From: Eledone cirrhosa
Lineage: Eukaryota
Assembly (NCBI GenBank): GCA_964016885.1
Contig: CAXHJY010001638.1
Location: forward strand, 1 to 54,062
Direction: 5' to 3'
DNA: 54,062 bases
In this document: positions 38,270-50,383 of the stretch, piece after piece
Layout: each line of letters opens with the position of its first letter
Position numbering within the stretch: position 1 is the stretch's first letter
Notes under the pieces: model-generated
Told to the model about the DNA's origin: nothing
What the model saw: only the letters and a program-made list of their open reading frames with translations
The model's database searches: none
Position numbers and translations under genes: made by a program

Positions 38270-38522
38270 CTGGTGTTTATCTCGGTTTCGTGGCGTGAAG
38301 GGACTGAGAATACAAGACTCCCCCTTCCCCGGACAGGACGCCAGTCCATAGCCGAGTTAACCCCCCAGCTATTGCTGGTAATCATTTTCAGCTGAGTAAA
38401 CTGGAGCAATGTGAAATGAAATGTTTTGCTCAAGAACACAACACCCAACTCAGCCTAGGAATTGAACCCACGACATTGTAATCATAAGTCCAACGCCTTA
38501 CCACTAAGCCACGCGCCTCCAT
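38270..38522 (-). mobile_element. tRNA-derived SINE related to the family B head
   Basis: Minus strand GGAGGCGCGTGGCTTAGTGG..GGGTTCAATTCC..CTTGAGCAAAACA..TTGCTCCAGTTTACTCAGCTG. Confidence 0.75.
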
Positions 38523-39936
38523 GTGCACGTTATAGTAGTAGTATAATAATTCTTTTTGTCCTGTTACACGGATCTCACCAGAACATATCACAACCTCTCA
38601 AACGACTGCAATTTTTCTTCTCTTCTCCTTTGCCCACATATTTTTGGGTGAGTCATGGAGGAAGAGTCCTCCAACATGCCTTCCAGAAGATCTACCTATC
38701 AGAAACAGCCATCTCCAATTGATCTGGCAAGACCAACTAAGCACATGCATATTATTCAACCATTTTATTCATGGTCTACATCTGGGCCTCCTACCAGTTG
38801 ACTTTGCCAGTAAAAGTGTCTGGCAAAGAGATGTAGGGATAAAGTTGAGTCCAAGCTACTTGACAAACTGTGTTTTTCGCTCTGCCTGGATGCAACACAG
38901 CCAATTAAATATTCATCTTGTGGGTCATTAGCAAAAAATCATGGAAATATTGCCAAGAGATTTATGTTTGTTTCCTAGTCCTTGAAAAGGCACACAACCA
39001 CGTTCCACAGGACTTGTTCTGCTGGAGTATGGGATAGATGGACAGTCTTGAATCCTTATAATTGTGTTCAGATCTTCTTACTATGTCCACAAGAGTGTCA
39101 GTTACAAAGCTTGGCTAGATGTGGTTTAACCACAGCTGAACACATTGCTGTCCTTTCTCATTAAACTCTGCCAAGTCCAATGCTGTGTATTCCAGCAGGG
39201 GCGTATCAGGAGCTGCTGCGTAATCTGTGGTTCAATGCCACAGTCACACACAACATCCCTGTCCTTTAAATATCCCCATTTTGCAAGATTGACTTTTGCA
39301 TGACCAACACCAGATCTTAATCTGTTGAGGTATTTTCACACTGTATAGTTTGTATCTGCTCCAGGGGGCAGTGCCTACCTCACCTTTAGCTCTATTGTTG
39401 TTACAGATGGGCGGCTTTTAAGTTTTTCTTCCCAGTGAGTGACTCTTTCACTATTTATGCTTGATGTTCCAAGGGTGTGATGCTCTTTAGGAAACTTTTC
39501 CTAGATTTAAGGCATGTTCAGATAACTGGTGCTGAGTTGAAACCATTCAACGTAGGTGTCATACTTTGCAGTGTGTTTATATTATCACCTCTCCTGTTCA
39601 TGAACAGGATTGACTTTGCCTCTATGCCTTGTATAAACTGACAGTTTAATCAGTTGGTTTCAGTTAATTGAATTATATATGTAACCCTATGTTGCAAAGA
39701 ATAGTGTCCGATGCTCTACCGATTACAGCCAATCCACTGTCCTATATCAGTGATATATATGAATTGTTTTTTTTTGTTGTTTTTTTCCTATAGCATGTTT
39801 GGCATTACATTATGGTTGTTTCTTTGCTACCATGTTGTACAGAAGGCCCTAGTATTACTGGTATCAAAATTTGGTATTGGGAGCTATTCAAATCAGATCC
39901 TTGAACTAGACTTCAGTGCATTGTGCCAACTTGGAA

Positions 39937-39993
39937 ATTCTGATGAAGAAGTAATGACTTCTGAAATATATATATATATATATATATATAAAT
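39937..39993 (+). ncRNA. Type I hammerhead motif with (TA)12 helix III
   Basis: ATT-CTGATGA-AGAAGT-aatg-ACTTCT-GAAA-(TA)12-AAT; intact core and perfect 6-bp helix II. Confidence 0.6.
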
Positions 39994-40173
39994 AGTCGTT
40001 TTGGAAGCCTTAACAATGCAGATGGGTAAATCTCCGGGTAACAAAATCAGGTGGTAATGAGAGAAAGATGTACGAAGAAGCATAGAAAGAGACATAGAGA
40101 GCGTAAAAGAACATAGGAAAAGTGTAAAAAATAATAACACGAGATAGAGTTACCTTGGAAGTGATTTAATAGT

Positions 40174-40207
40174 CCCTATATTTCGGATTTCATATCCATC
40201 AACAGGG
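40174..40207 (-). ncRNA. Degenerate type I hammerhead motif (core A6 to U)
   Basis: CC-CTGTTGA-T-GGAT..ATCC-GAAATATA-GG. Confidence 0.4.
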
Positions 40208-40579
40208 TTTTCCAAGGGGAAAAAAGTTGTCAGAGAACAACACATGGCCGTCATTGTTTACCATGTGCATGAATGGTGGTCTTCTACAGACAACCTTGCC
40301 TGTACTTGTGCCTTAGAGGGTAAGTATCTAGGTGTGAATCCCATGGTCATTCGTGACCGAAGGTGGTCTTTACCATTTATAGATATATAATTATTTAGGT
40401 CAGTTACGACAATGGCACCATACTAGGTATGTACATTTTGTTGATGACCAGCTTCAATAATTGTATTCCAACTTGCCCTACAGACTTGATTTGCTCTACA
40501 CCTTGGATGTTTATTCACCTCTTACTACTACTACCATATATATATATATTATTATGTAGTAAACAACATAAGGCAATTA

Positions 40580-40639
40580 TTCCATTTACCAGTGGTTTCT
40601 TAAAAGCAAAAGATTTTGCTTTCACTCCTCAGAATAAAA
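40580..40639 (-). ncRNA. Type I hammerhead ribozyme, left arm
   Basis: TTTATT-CTGAGGA-GTGAAAGCAAAA-tc-TTTTGCTTTTAA-GAAACCA-c-TGGTA-AATGGA. Confidence 0.7.
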
Positions 40640-40853
40640 AAATCCTGGTCTGTTTATTGAATTTGGATTTTAAAAACAAAAATGCAATCTATATGAAAGT
40701 GAGGCTGGAGAAGGAAGAAGGAAAGGAAAAATAAAATAAAACTACACATGCAAATACACACACAAAAACACAGAAGCATATATACATATACACATATATA
40801 TACATACACATATACACATACATACACTCATACATACACACACACACACATAT

Positions 40854-40896
<43 letters not shown>

Positions 40897-41076
40897 TATA
40901 TATGTGTGTACAAGCATTAACATACACACACACACATATATGTATACATACACACACATATACATACATAGCTATACAATTATACACATACAAATACGTA
41001 CATATCATAAACACGCACAACCAAACAAATACAAACACACACACACACATACATATATATATACACACACATACAT

Positions 41077-41145
<69 letters not shown>

Positions 41146-41487
41146 CATATACATACACATACACACACACATACATGTGTGTGTGTGTAAAACTCAGTCT
41201 TAGATAATTCAAATGAACCTTACATATACATATATATGTAAAGTAATATAGCAACATAAGGCAATTATTCCATTCACCAGTGGTTTCTTAAAAGCAAAAA
41301 ATTTTTCATTCAATCTTTTGCTTTTAAGAAACCACTGGTGAATGGAATAATTGCCTTATGTTGCTTTATTACTTTACTACTATATATATGTATATGTAAG
41401 GTTCATTTGAATTATCTAGGACTGAGTTTTACACACACACACATGTATGTGTGTGTGTATGTGTATGTATATGTATGTATATATATG

Positions 41488-41518
<31 letters not shown>

Positions 41519-41866
41519 ATGTATGTGTGTGTATATATATATGTATGTTTGTATTTGGTTGTGCGTGTTTATATGTACGTATTTGTATGTGTATAATTGT
41601 ATAGCTATGTATGTATATGTGTGTGTATGTATACATATATGTGTGTGTGTGTATGTTAATATTTATGTATATATATATATATGTATGTGTATATAATTAC
41701 ATATACATATGTGTGTGTATATATTGTATACGTGTGCGTGTTTGTGCATGTATGTGTATGTATGTACGAGTGTATATATGTATGATTGTGTGAATGTATG
41801 TATGTATATGTGTGTGTGTATGGCTATGTTTGTGTATGTGTATGCTTGTACACACATATATATATA

Positions 41867-41913
<47 letters not shown>

Positions 41914-42012
41914 ATATGTGTGTGTGTGTGTATGTATGAGTGTATGTATGTGTATATGTGTATGTATGTGTATGTGTATATATATATGTATGTATATATA
42001 TGTGTATATGTA

Positions 42013-42071
<59 letters not shown>

Positions 42072-42215
42072 ATGTATGCTTCTGTGTTTTTGTGTGTGTA
42101 TTTGCATGTGTAGTTTTATTTTATTTTTCCTTTCCTTCTTCCTTCTCCAGCCTCACTTTCATATAGATTGCATTTTTGTTTTTAAAATCCAAATTCAATA
42201 AACAGACCAGGATTT

Positions 42216-42275
42216 TTTCATTCTGAGGATTGAAAGCAAAATCTTTTGCTTTTAAGAAACCACTGGTAAATGGAA
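42216..42275 (+). ncRNA. Type I hammerhead ribozyme, right arm
   Basis: TTTCATT-CTGAGGA-TTGAAAGCAAAA-tc-TTTTGCTTTTAA-GAAACCA-c-TGGTA-AATGGAA. It has a 7-bp helix I, an ~11-bp helix II and GUA at 42266-42268. Confidence 0.78.
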
Positions 42276-42488
42276 TAATTGCCTTATGTTGTTTATTACA
42301 TAATAATAATTAAGCTCTGTTACCTACATAAAGCACTCTTTTTTCCTGGACTTTTCAGACGGAATTACTTCATTCACACACATATATATATATATATATA
42401 GATACCGAGTGAAATCGGGGTGGCAGGGGACCTCATTTAAAAAGTACTCAATGCATTAGTAGAGTGTAAACATTATTTAATAGGACTT

Positions 42489-42673
42489 GGGTGGTGGATT
42501 GGCAGTATCGGTAGAGGGTCGGACGCCATGCTTTCCAGCATAGTTACGTCCCTTTACGATCTGAGTTCAAATCCCGCCGAGGTTGACTTTGCCTTTCATC
42601 CTTACGGGGTCGATAAAATAAAGTACCAGTAATGCACTGGATAATTGCTGGCCTTGTGCCTAAAGTAGAAACA
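42489..42673 (+). mobile_element. Family A SINE, full length with 17-bp TSD
   Basis: ATTATTTAATAGGACTT at 42472-42488 and 42674-42690; A and B boxes intact. Confidence 0.9.
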
Positions 42674-43129
42674 ATTATTTAATAGGACTTGAACTGTTTC
42701 ATTTCTATGAATTCACAAGGGAATTCCAGATGATTTCACACGAATGAAACAGTTCTAGTCCTGTAGAAGCCATTTCTATATTAAATATTTGTGGTATATA
42801 TATATAGGATAAAAGGATGAAGATCCCATAACTCCTTTTGGAGTTGTAGAGGCACCGTCAAATGGTGTGTCTAGGGCACTTTTAAACCTAGAGGATCTCA
42901 ACGCTCTATAAGTCTGAAGACAGTTGATTTTTCTCTGTAGAGGAAGAATCGACCCCACTACTGAACTGGTACTTTTTTTTATCAACCTCGAAAGGATGAA
43001 AGGCAAAGTTGACCCCGGCGGTATTTGAACTCAGAGGGCGCAATGATGTGGGACGAGTACTGTAAAGCATTCTATCCAACATCTCAACGTAAAATCCCAA
43101 CTGCGACAACACAATGTAATGTAGTTTGG

Positions 43130-45740
43130 TAAAGAATATCCAAATTTGGAAAAGCACTCAAATTGTGATGTTGAAGGACCCCATAGTCAGTGACAAATTT
43201 AAAAGCTTATTACTTGATGCCTTTGACAATAAGGAAGAGCAATTAGAGATGTACAATATAGAGGAACAGTGGCAATACTTGAAAGTGAACCTGCTGAAAG
43301 CAACAGATGAAATCTGTGGCTGGAGCAGACCTATTGGCAGGAGGAGAGTAACTTGGTGGTGGAACAGTAAGGTGGAAGAGACAATCAAGGCCAAAAAGCA
43401 GGCATGGAAAGTATGGCAGGATGGGGGAAGTAGAGAGCACTATCAAGTGGCCAGGAGAGAAGCTAGGAGACAAGTGTACTTTGCAAAAAGGGAAGCAGAG
43501 GAAAAGAAAGTTCAAGCATGTTCTACAACGTGAGGACCAAAAATGTGAGGTGTTCAGGATTGCTAGACAATGTGTCAAGGAAAACTGTAATATTGTTGGG
43601 GAGAAGTTTGTCCGTAATGATAACGGTGTACTTGCCCTCACTGATACTGATAAGAAGATAGCCTGGAAGTGTCACTACGAGAGACTATTAAATGAGGAGA
43701 ATAAATGGGAAAAAAATAGTCTACCCCAAATCGATCCAATAGATGGACCAGCAATGCAAGTTAAAGGTAGTATAATAAGTAAGGCAATCAAAGATATGAA
43801 GACAGGCAAAGCAGCTGGCCTTTCGTAGATAGTTGCTGAGATGTTGAAGGCATCTGGTATGGTGGACACACTATGATCACCCATATAGTTAATCAAGTAA
43901 TACAGAATGGGGTCATACCGAAAGACTGGCATAGCAGCATCATCATTAACTGCTACAAGGGTAAAGGGGATGCTCTAGATAGAGGAAACTATAGAGGCAT
44001 TAAGTTAGTTGACCAGGTCATGAAGGTCACAGAAAGAGTTATAGCGCAACTAATCAGAGAGCGAATTGATCTAGATGAAATGCAGTTTGGGTTTGTGTCA
44101 GGTAAAAGTACTACAGACGCTCTTTTCCTTGTACGACAACTACAAGAGAAGTACCTAGCTAAAAGTAAATCCCTTTACTTAGCTTTTGTAGACCTGGAGA
44201 AAGCCTTTGACAGAGTCCCCCGCTCCATTATCTGGTGGGCTCTTAGAAAACTAGGTGTAGATGAATGGCTTGTGAGAGCTATACAAGCTATGTATAATGA
44301 AACAGTCAGTAAAGTTAGAATTAACAATGAATATTGTGAAGAATTTAGTGTAAAAGTTGGCGTTCATCAAGGCTCTGTCCTTAGCTCCCTCCTATTCTAG
44401 ACCGGCTGCCCATGGGAACTCCTATATGCAGATGATCTAATGTTCATAGCTGAATCAATGGCTGAACTAGAGAAGAAATTCCAAACATGAAAGCATGGCC
44501 TAGAATCAAAAGGCTTTAAAGTTAACTTGTCTAAGACTAAAGTTCTAGTTTGTAGAAAGGAAAATAGGGCACAGGTGCCCTCTGGGAAATGGCCATGCTC
44601 AGTGTGTAGGAAAGGAGTAGGCAGAAATTCCATTTTATGTCCCAAATGCAAAGTATGAGTACATAAAGATGTAGTGGGATCACAGGTAAACTATCTAAGA
44701 ACGTAGACTTTATATGTGGCCAATGCTCAGGTGCAATAAGTAGCAAGTGTCCAGAGGATACTAGCTCCTTCTATTGCCCAGATGGGTGACAAAATCAGCA
44801 GTGGTGGAGGGTGTTCTGAAAGTACAGTAGCCAGAGTCAGAACGGGATGGAAAAAGTTCAGAGAGCTTATACCGTTATTGGCCACAAAAGGTTTCTCTCT
44901 AAAAGTGAAAGGCAGTTGTATGATGCCTGTATACGAACAGCAATGCTACATGGCAGTGAGACATGGGCATTACGTGCAGAGGACCTGCGCAGACTGGAAA
45001 GGAACGAAGCATGCATGCTCCGTTGGATGTGTAATAGTAATATACGTGAACGGCAAAGCATAAATGAACTAAGTGAGAAATTAGGAATAAGAGGGATCAG
45101 ATGCTGTTTACTTGAGAGAAGACTACGTTGGTATGGTCATGTGGTGCGCATTAAAGATGACAGCTGCATAAAAAAGTGCAGGGTGATCAAAATTGATGTT
45201 AGTTACAGAGTAGGTAGACCCAGAAAAACCTGGGACGATCTGATAAATTCCGACCTTACACACTTGCACCTCTCTAAGACAATGTCACTGGACGGAGATC
45301 TTTGGTGCTACGCAGTAATACAGAAGACCCACCTTGCCTATGTACAAAGCGAAACCTCTTAAACAAATATACACCCCAATCCACTACCCCTACCCTATCC
45401 TCCCACTCCCACCAACACCACCCTCTCTCTGTAAAGTTGGTACCACAATATGCAGTCCAAATAAATGAGATAATGGAGTCGAGATCGTGTAGGTGTCATG
45501 ACAAAAAAACACACAGTGCATGCTGTAGTGTGGCCGTGTAGGTAACACGGTAAAAAGTTCCCAGTTCCACACTGTAAATGTGGTTGGTGTTAGGAAGGGC
45601 ATCCAGCCGTAGAAAACCAGATAGTCCTTTATAAGCGAGACACGGTCACCCGACCAACCTTGCCTCAAGTGGGACAACTCCCGTCTAACCCATGCTAGCG
45701 TGGAAGATGGACGTTAAACGATAATGACGATGATGATGAT
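43130..45740 (+). mobile_element. RTE-clade LINE, 5'-truncated and disrupted
   Basis: VTWWWNS, QFGF, DLEKAFD, YADD and LRWYGH are spread across several frames, with stops and deletions and a (GAT)n tail. Confidence 0.95.
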
Positions 45741-45935
45741 ATTGCATTAGCTATAGTGTCATTTAGATACAATTTTTTCGTTAGCCATCTGTTTCAGATC
45801 TTTCACTGATACCAGACTTAAGTTCGACAGTCTATATACATATATATACATGAATGGACCTGTTTTTTGCCCTAAAAATTATTTTTTATGTGTCCACCAC
45901 TGCTCGTCTCCCCAATCTTTCTATTTCCTTTTCTA

Positions 45936-45971
45936 TTTTCTGATGAAAGACTAGCTTCCGAAACGTTAAAA
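45936..45971 (+). ncRNA. Minimal hammerhead motif with decayed helix II, relative of 35346-35381
   Basis: TTTT-CTGATGA-A-AGAC-tagc-TTCC-GAAAC-GTT-AAAA. Confidence 0.5.
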
Positions 45972-46189
45972 CTCTTCTACTATATCAATCGTAAAACTAA
46001 TATATTAATTGTACTGTGTCGTTTGCTTTATTTCTGTTTATATATATCCGTATGGGGTTGACGGCTGAGAGAAAAGAGTACTCAATACGAAGTACAGTTT
46101 TAATATTCATTTTATTAAGGCGAAATAGGGAGTTTCGTCCGTGTTAAACAGGCGAAACGCTAGAATAACAAGACTCAATAAATTTAAAG

Positions 46190-46224
<35 letters not shown>

Positions 46225-46272
46225 TCCCACTCTTGTGTGTATATCTATATCAATTTGTACACACACGTCTAT

Positions 46273-46313
<41 letters not shown>

Positions 46314-46480
46314 GACAAAACAAAACTACAAAATTAACCTGCAGTTAATTAATTTATAGTCACTATAGTACTCTAGGTAGGCATACTATCTTAGCAGGAA
46401 GCTGTTGTTAAAAAGTGTATTGAAAAAGTTTACCCATAATTCTCTCTAGTTCCGCCTTTACCACACCTTGTGGCGTGGAA

Positions 46481-46530
46481 ATGTCGAAGCGTCGCATTGA
46501 CGTTGGTGATTCTTCTTCGAAACGAAACAG
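46481..46530 (+). CDS. DHX15: Probable first coding exon of DEAH-box helicase DHX15/Prp43
   Basis: GAAATG start, MSKRRIDVGDSSSKRN(R), then strong donor CAG|GTAGGT. The peptide resembles the recalled DHX15 N-terminus (human MSKRHRLDLG). It sits in a CpG-rich patch in AT-rich DNA; no later exon was seen in the window. Confidence 0.6.
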
Positions 46531-47439
46531 GTAGGTTAAGCCATTATAACATCAAATACAAAGATATTTTATATTTCAATATCTAACTTTCATATATTTC
46601 GAATTGCTTTGGAATCTACGAACTTTTTCTTTTCGTTCTTTAAAAAAAGTTACTTAAAATGGCCGAATTTGTCGGGGGGAATATTTTGTGGTTATAAACT
46701 GGAGGTTCATTTATTTGGTTCTGTCTGTCTTTATTTATTCCTCTACCTGTCTGTTTATCATCTCTTCCTTAATTTTCCCCCTCATATCCACGATCCCTTT
46801 ATTTATTGTTCTCATACTATGATAAATTTATATATATATAGTTATAATTATACACATATAGTTAAAAAGTGAAGGTGAAAATGCACAAAAGTATATTTAA
46901 AGATTATTTTTTCTTTAATTCAACAATGTATACTTTTATAATTGTTGCATTAAATAACCCGTTTCGAATGGTATAATAATCGTATCAAATATTAGATGTT
47001 AAATATTGAATATTTAAAAAAATGTTTGTTCATTGAGCAGATCGAATATATATATATAATCTTCCGTGAAGATGTGTTAATGAAAGTCAGCGGTTTTCCC
47101 ACATTGTTTGAAATAGTCTCCAACAATTTAACTAGTCTGTATTTTCTATATATATATACGTATTTATGTCTTTCGTTGCAAAAATGTCCACTTAAAATAA
47201 AAACCTCAGTGCGTGTATATACACAACACACGCATTATATATAAGTTGTCTTTTTTCCTAAATATGCGCTTTATCTATACGTACAAAATACTGTTTCTCA
47301 TATGATATATGGCTCTTTTTCTCTATACATATATCTTTTAATTTGAATTATATATATATATATAAAGGCTTCTACAGGACTAGTACTGTTTCATTAATAT
47401 CAAATCATATGTATACATAAGCTATATTATGTATGTATG

Positions 47440-47472
<33 letters not shown>

Positions 47473-47834
47473 TATACATACACACACACATATATATATG
47501 TTGTTTATTACATAACTCTATATATATATGCAAACATTTTATTTAAAATTGTTGGGTTACAACGAGTAAATATTTTATAACTGATATAAAAGCACTCAAC
47601 AGATTTGGAGTATTTTACGATATTAAACAAATGGAAACTACATTTATAAAACCATATTTATTTCATTATATATATTTCAGGGATATCATATTAAAAATAT
47701 GGTATGCCCTCTTCAAACAAAATACAATATATAAACAGTTTTATAAATAAATTTGACATACCTTGGAAAATTTACAACTTCCATTTAAAAAGTTATGGTA
47801 GTGAGAATATATATATATATATATATATAATAAG

Positions 47835-48040
47835 TGAAGGCGTGTGACTGAGTGGTTAGAGAATTGTATTCGCAATCGTGAGGTTGTGAGTTCGATTCCC
47901 GGACCGGGCGATGCGTTAGTCCTTGAGCAAGACACTATTTCACGTTGCTCCTTCTACCTGGAGTTGCGACCGATATTAGCAATTGGAAAGACCAATGGAA
48001 ACATTGTTTACTCGGTCCGATTTGACGAATGTCGATCGGT
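47835..48040 (+). mobile_element. tRNA-derived SINE with a family B-like head and a different tail; relative at ~18600-18790
   Basis: TGACTGAGTGG..GAGTTCGATTCC..CTTGAGCAAGACAC. Confidence 0.75.
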
Positions 48041-48968
48041 CCTGTATATATATAATAGAAGTATAAAGTGAAAGTTTATTAGGATTATATGGAAATTAAG
48101 AAAACAAATAGTTCGATTATTGTAAACTGTATGTAGTTCTATTCGTTACTGCCTTTATTATTGGAAATACCATTCGATCTGCGTTTGTATACAACGTACG
48201 CGCGCACACATTTTCATCATACATTCCAATGTCATGGTTTTATATGTGGGGATGTAGTGTCATTTCTATACTTACTACAAAGTGAAAATATATCCTCATT
48301 CATCAACTCTCCAGAAAGCTACACCTTAGAAAACCCATCTTTGTAAAATAATTTTCACTTAAATATACTAAGAAAGTTGTGAGGAAGCTAAGTCGAGGAT
48401 GGAGGCACTGAACTGCAGTAATCACCGTTTTCCGTAAAACGGTGATGATGATGCACACAGAGAAACGAATAATAGGAATTAATTTAAAACAGTTTAAATA
48501 GAAGAGGTACATTGAAACAAAAAGCGACTACCTAAAAGTCTGCAGTAGTTAGTGTGTGGTTTGTGATATATTTAAAACTATGCTGGCAAATTATGTAATT
48601 ATATTTTCAAAAACATTAGTCTTTATCAAAAACAAATTACAACACCACATATAAAACTTGGTTACTGACAGTCGTGTATTTTATCTAGGCTTTTCTTTAT
48701 CAGTTTTCTTAAAACAAAACATTGAACGATTAAAATTAAAATTCGGTTTGTATATATGTATTATTCACACAATATCTGAGAAAATAGACTATTTTCTCAC
48801 AGATTTATAGTAGCGGATTTATATATATATTAGTAGCAGATTTATATATATATTTGCAAAAATTAATCGGTTATTGAAAAGTTGGCTTATAAATCAAAAG
48901 TTCTTAGTTAAAAAATTTTGACTTTCTACTATTTAGAAATCAGAAAATTATGTATGTGGATGAAGTTA

Positions 48969-49035
<67 letters not shown>

Positions 49036-49104
49036 ATAATATATATATATATCATCATCATTCGTCGACTACTGTCGAGATGATGGATCTCACTCATGCG
49101 CCAG

Positions 49105-49138
<34 letters not shown>

Positions 49139-49745
49139 TATTATATATATATAGATATTATATATAATATATATATATTATATATATATATATTATATAT
49201 ATATATATTATATATATATATATTATATATAATATATATATATTATATATTATATATATATATAATATATATTATTATATTATATATATATATTATATTA
49301 TATATATATATATTTATATATATATATATTATATATTATATATATATATATTATATATTATATATATATTATATATATATTATATATATATTATATATAT
49401 ATATATATTATATATATATTATATATATATATTATATATATTATATATATATATATATTATATATATATATTATATATATTATATATATATATATATTAT
49501 ATATATATATTATATATTATATATATATTATATATATATATTATATATATTATATATATATATATATATTATATATATATATATATTATATATATATATA
49601 TTATATATATATATATATTATATATATATATATATTATATATATATATATTATATATATTATATATATATATATTATATATATATATATTATATATATAT
49701 ATATATATATATTTTTATATATATATTTTTATATATATATTATTA

Positions 49746-49816
<71 letters not shown>

Positions 49817-49957
49817 ATATATATATATTTATATTTATATATATATTATATATATATATATTTATATATATATATTATATATATATATATATTATATATA
49901 TATATATAATATATATTATATATATATATATATTATATATATTATATTATATTATTA

Positions 49958-50046
<89 letters not shown>

Positions 50047-50239
50047 ATATATATTATATATATATATTATATATAATATATATATTATATATAATATATA
50101 TATATTATATATAATATATATATATATAATATATATATTATATATAATATATATATATTATATATATATATATATATAATATATATATATATAATATATA
50201 TATATATAATATATATATATTATATATATATATATTATT

Positions 50240-50286
<47 letters not shown>
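49105..50286. repeat. ~1.2-kb interrupted (TA)n array
   Basis: Pure A/T sequence. Confidence 0.9.
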
Positions 50287-50339
50287 TCTTGGGGCATGAG
50301 TGAGATCCATCATCTCGACAGTAGTCGACGAATGATGAT

Positions 50340-50370
<31 letters not shown>

Positions 50371-50383
50371 ATATATATATATA

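Larger units (their letters stand above)
40551..42304. mobile_element. Palindromic (head-to-head) non-coding retrozyme-like element
   Basis: Arms 40551-41299 and 41316-42304 are inverted copies. Each arm has terminal direct repeats carrying hammerhead sequence and a microsatellite-rich body. Confidence 0.75.

Noticed and set aside
42489-42580. tRNA-like A and B boxes (also in all SINE heads)
   Set aside because: They continue into shared SINE bodies with TSDs and show no complete cloverleaf, so they are not tRNA genes.
42683-42765. Inverted repeat GGACTTGAACTGTTTCATT/AATGAAACAGTTCTAGTCC with hammerhead-like CAGATGA..GAAAC
   Set aside because: The core is mutated and helix I and II pairing is poor. 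It could be a small MITE or an old pseudo-LTR, but this cannot be supported.
46132-46158. GTTTCG..CGAAAC hairpin resembling a hammerhead half
   Set aside because: No CUGANGA or UUGANAA core on either strand.
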